A stretch of DNA of 52,641 nucleotides from assembly GCA_021432655.1 (NCBI GenBank), contig MU271497.1:1-52641 (forward strand). Direction: 5' to 3'. The notes under the pieces were generated by a model that saw only the letters and a program-made list of their open reading frames with translations, was not told the origin of the DNA and searched no databases. This stretch comes from Atractiella rhizophila (lineage: Eukaryota). The position numbers and the translations under genes were made by a program. Below are positions 52,453 to 52,641 of this stretch, piece by piece; within the stretch, counting starts at the first letter, position 1, and each line of letters opens with the position of its first letter.

Positions 52453-52641
52453 ATGAAATTCGGTAAATCCTACCCCTCTTCCTCCTTCCCCAACACCTGG
52501 CGCGCCTCCGCCATCCCATACAAGGAGCTGAAGAAGGAGATCTCTCGCTTGCAGGATGAATTGCACGACTTAGGCATCGGGCAGGAGACCTTGAGAGGGT
52601 TGAAGGTTGTTTGGGAGTCGGAATCTAAAGATGGAGCTGGA
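52453..52641 (+). CDS. SPX-domain protein, 5' end (likely SPX-RING type); runs off the window end
   Basis: MKFGKSY...FPNTWRASAIPYKELKKEI..LQDEL.DLGI is the SPX N-terminal MKFGK / Y.xLKK signature; the frame stays open to the window end. Confidence 0.8.
   Translation, partial: MKFGKSYPSSSFPNTWRASAIPYKELKKEISRLQDELHDLGIGQETLRGLKVVWESESKDGAG

Overview
Intron-dense fungal nuclear DNA, probably basidiomycete (introns mostly ~45-60 nt with variable GT-N donors; a DUF6534-type gene is present). About 20 protein-coding loci were reconstructed by manual splicing. In order: HAD type II (partial), GT71 mannosyltransferase, SAH1, a six-finger zinc-finger gene absent from the ORF track, CPS1-like M20 peptidase, DBP8, GABA transaminase, two intact and one decayed intronless F-box-like genes around an IKS1-like kinase, PDS5, UBC6 with an internal tandem duplication, a DUF6534-type gene with a 1.75 kb partial tandem duplicate, HOT/ADHFE1, a secreted GMC oxidoreductase, hypothetical genes, GH79, a six-repeat C2H2 gene and the start of an SPX-domain gene. 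The most striking unexplained pattern is in five oversized introns in unrelated genes (IKS1 573 nt, PDS5 281 nt, UBC6 577/591 nt, HOT 212 nt, GMC 836 nt). Each appears to hold a multi-hairpin insert closed by a long-range terminal helix, mostly with sense-strand G-U pairs. These may be intron-hosted ncRNAs or fold-back, introner-like elements. Folds were identified by eye and not computed. Exon boundaries are manual and approximate.
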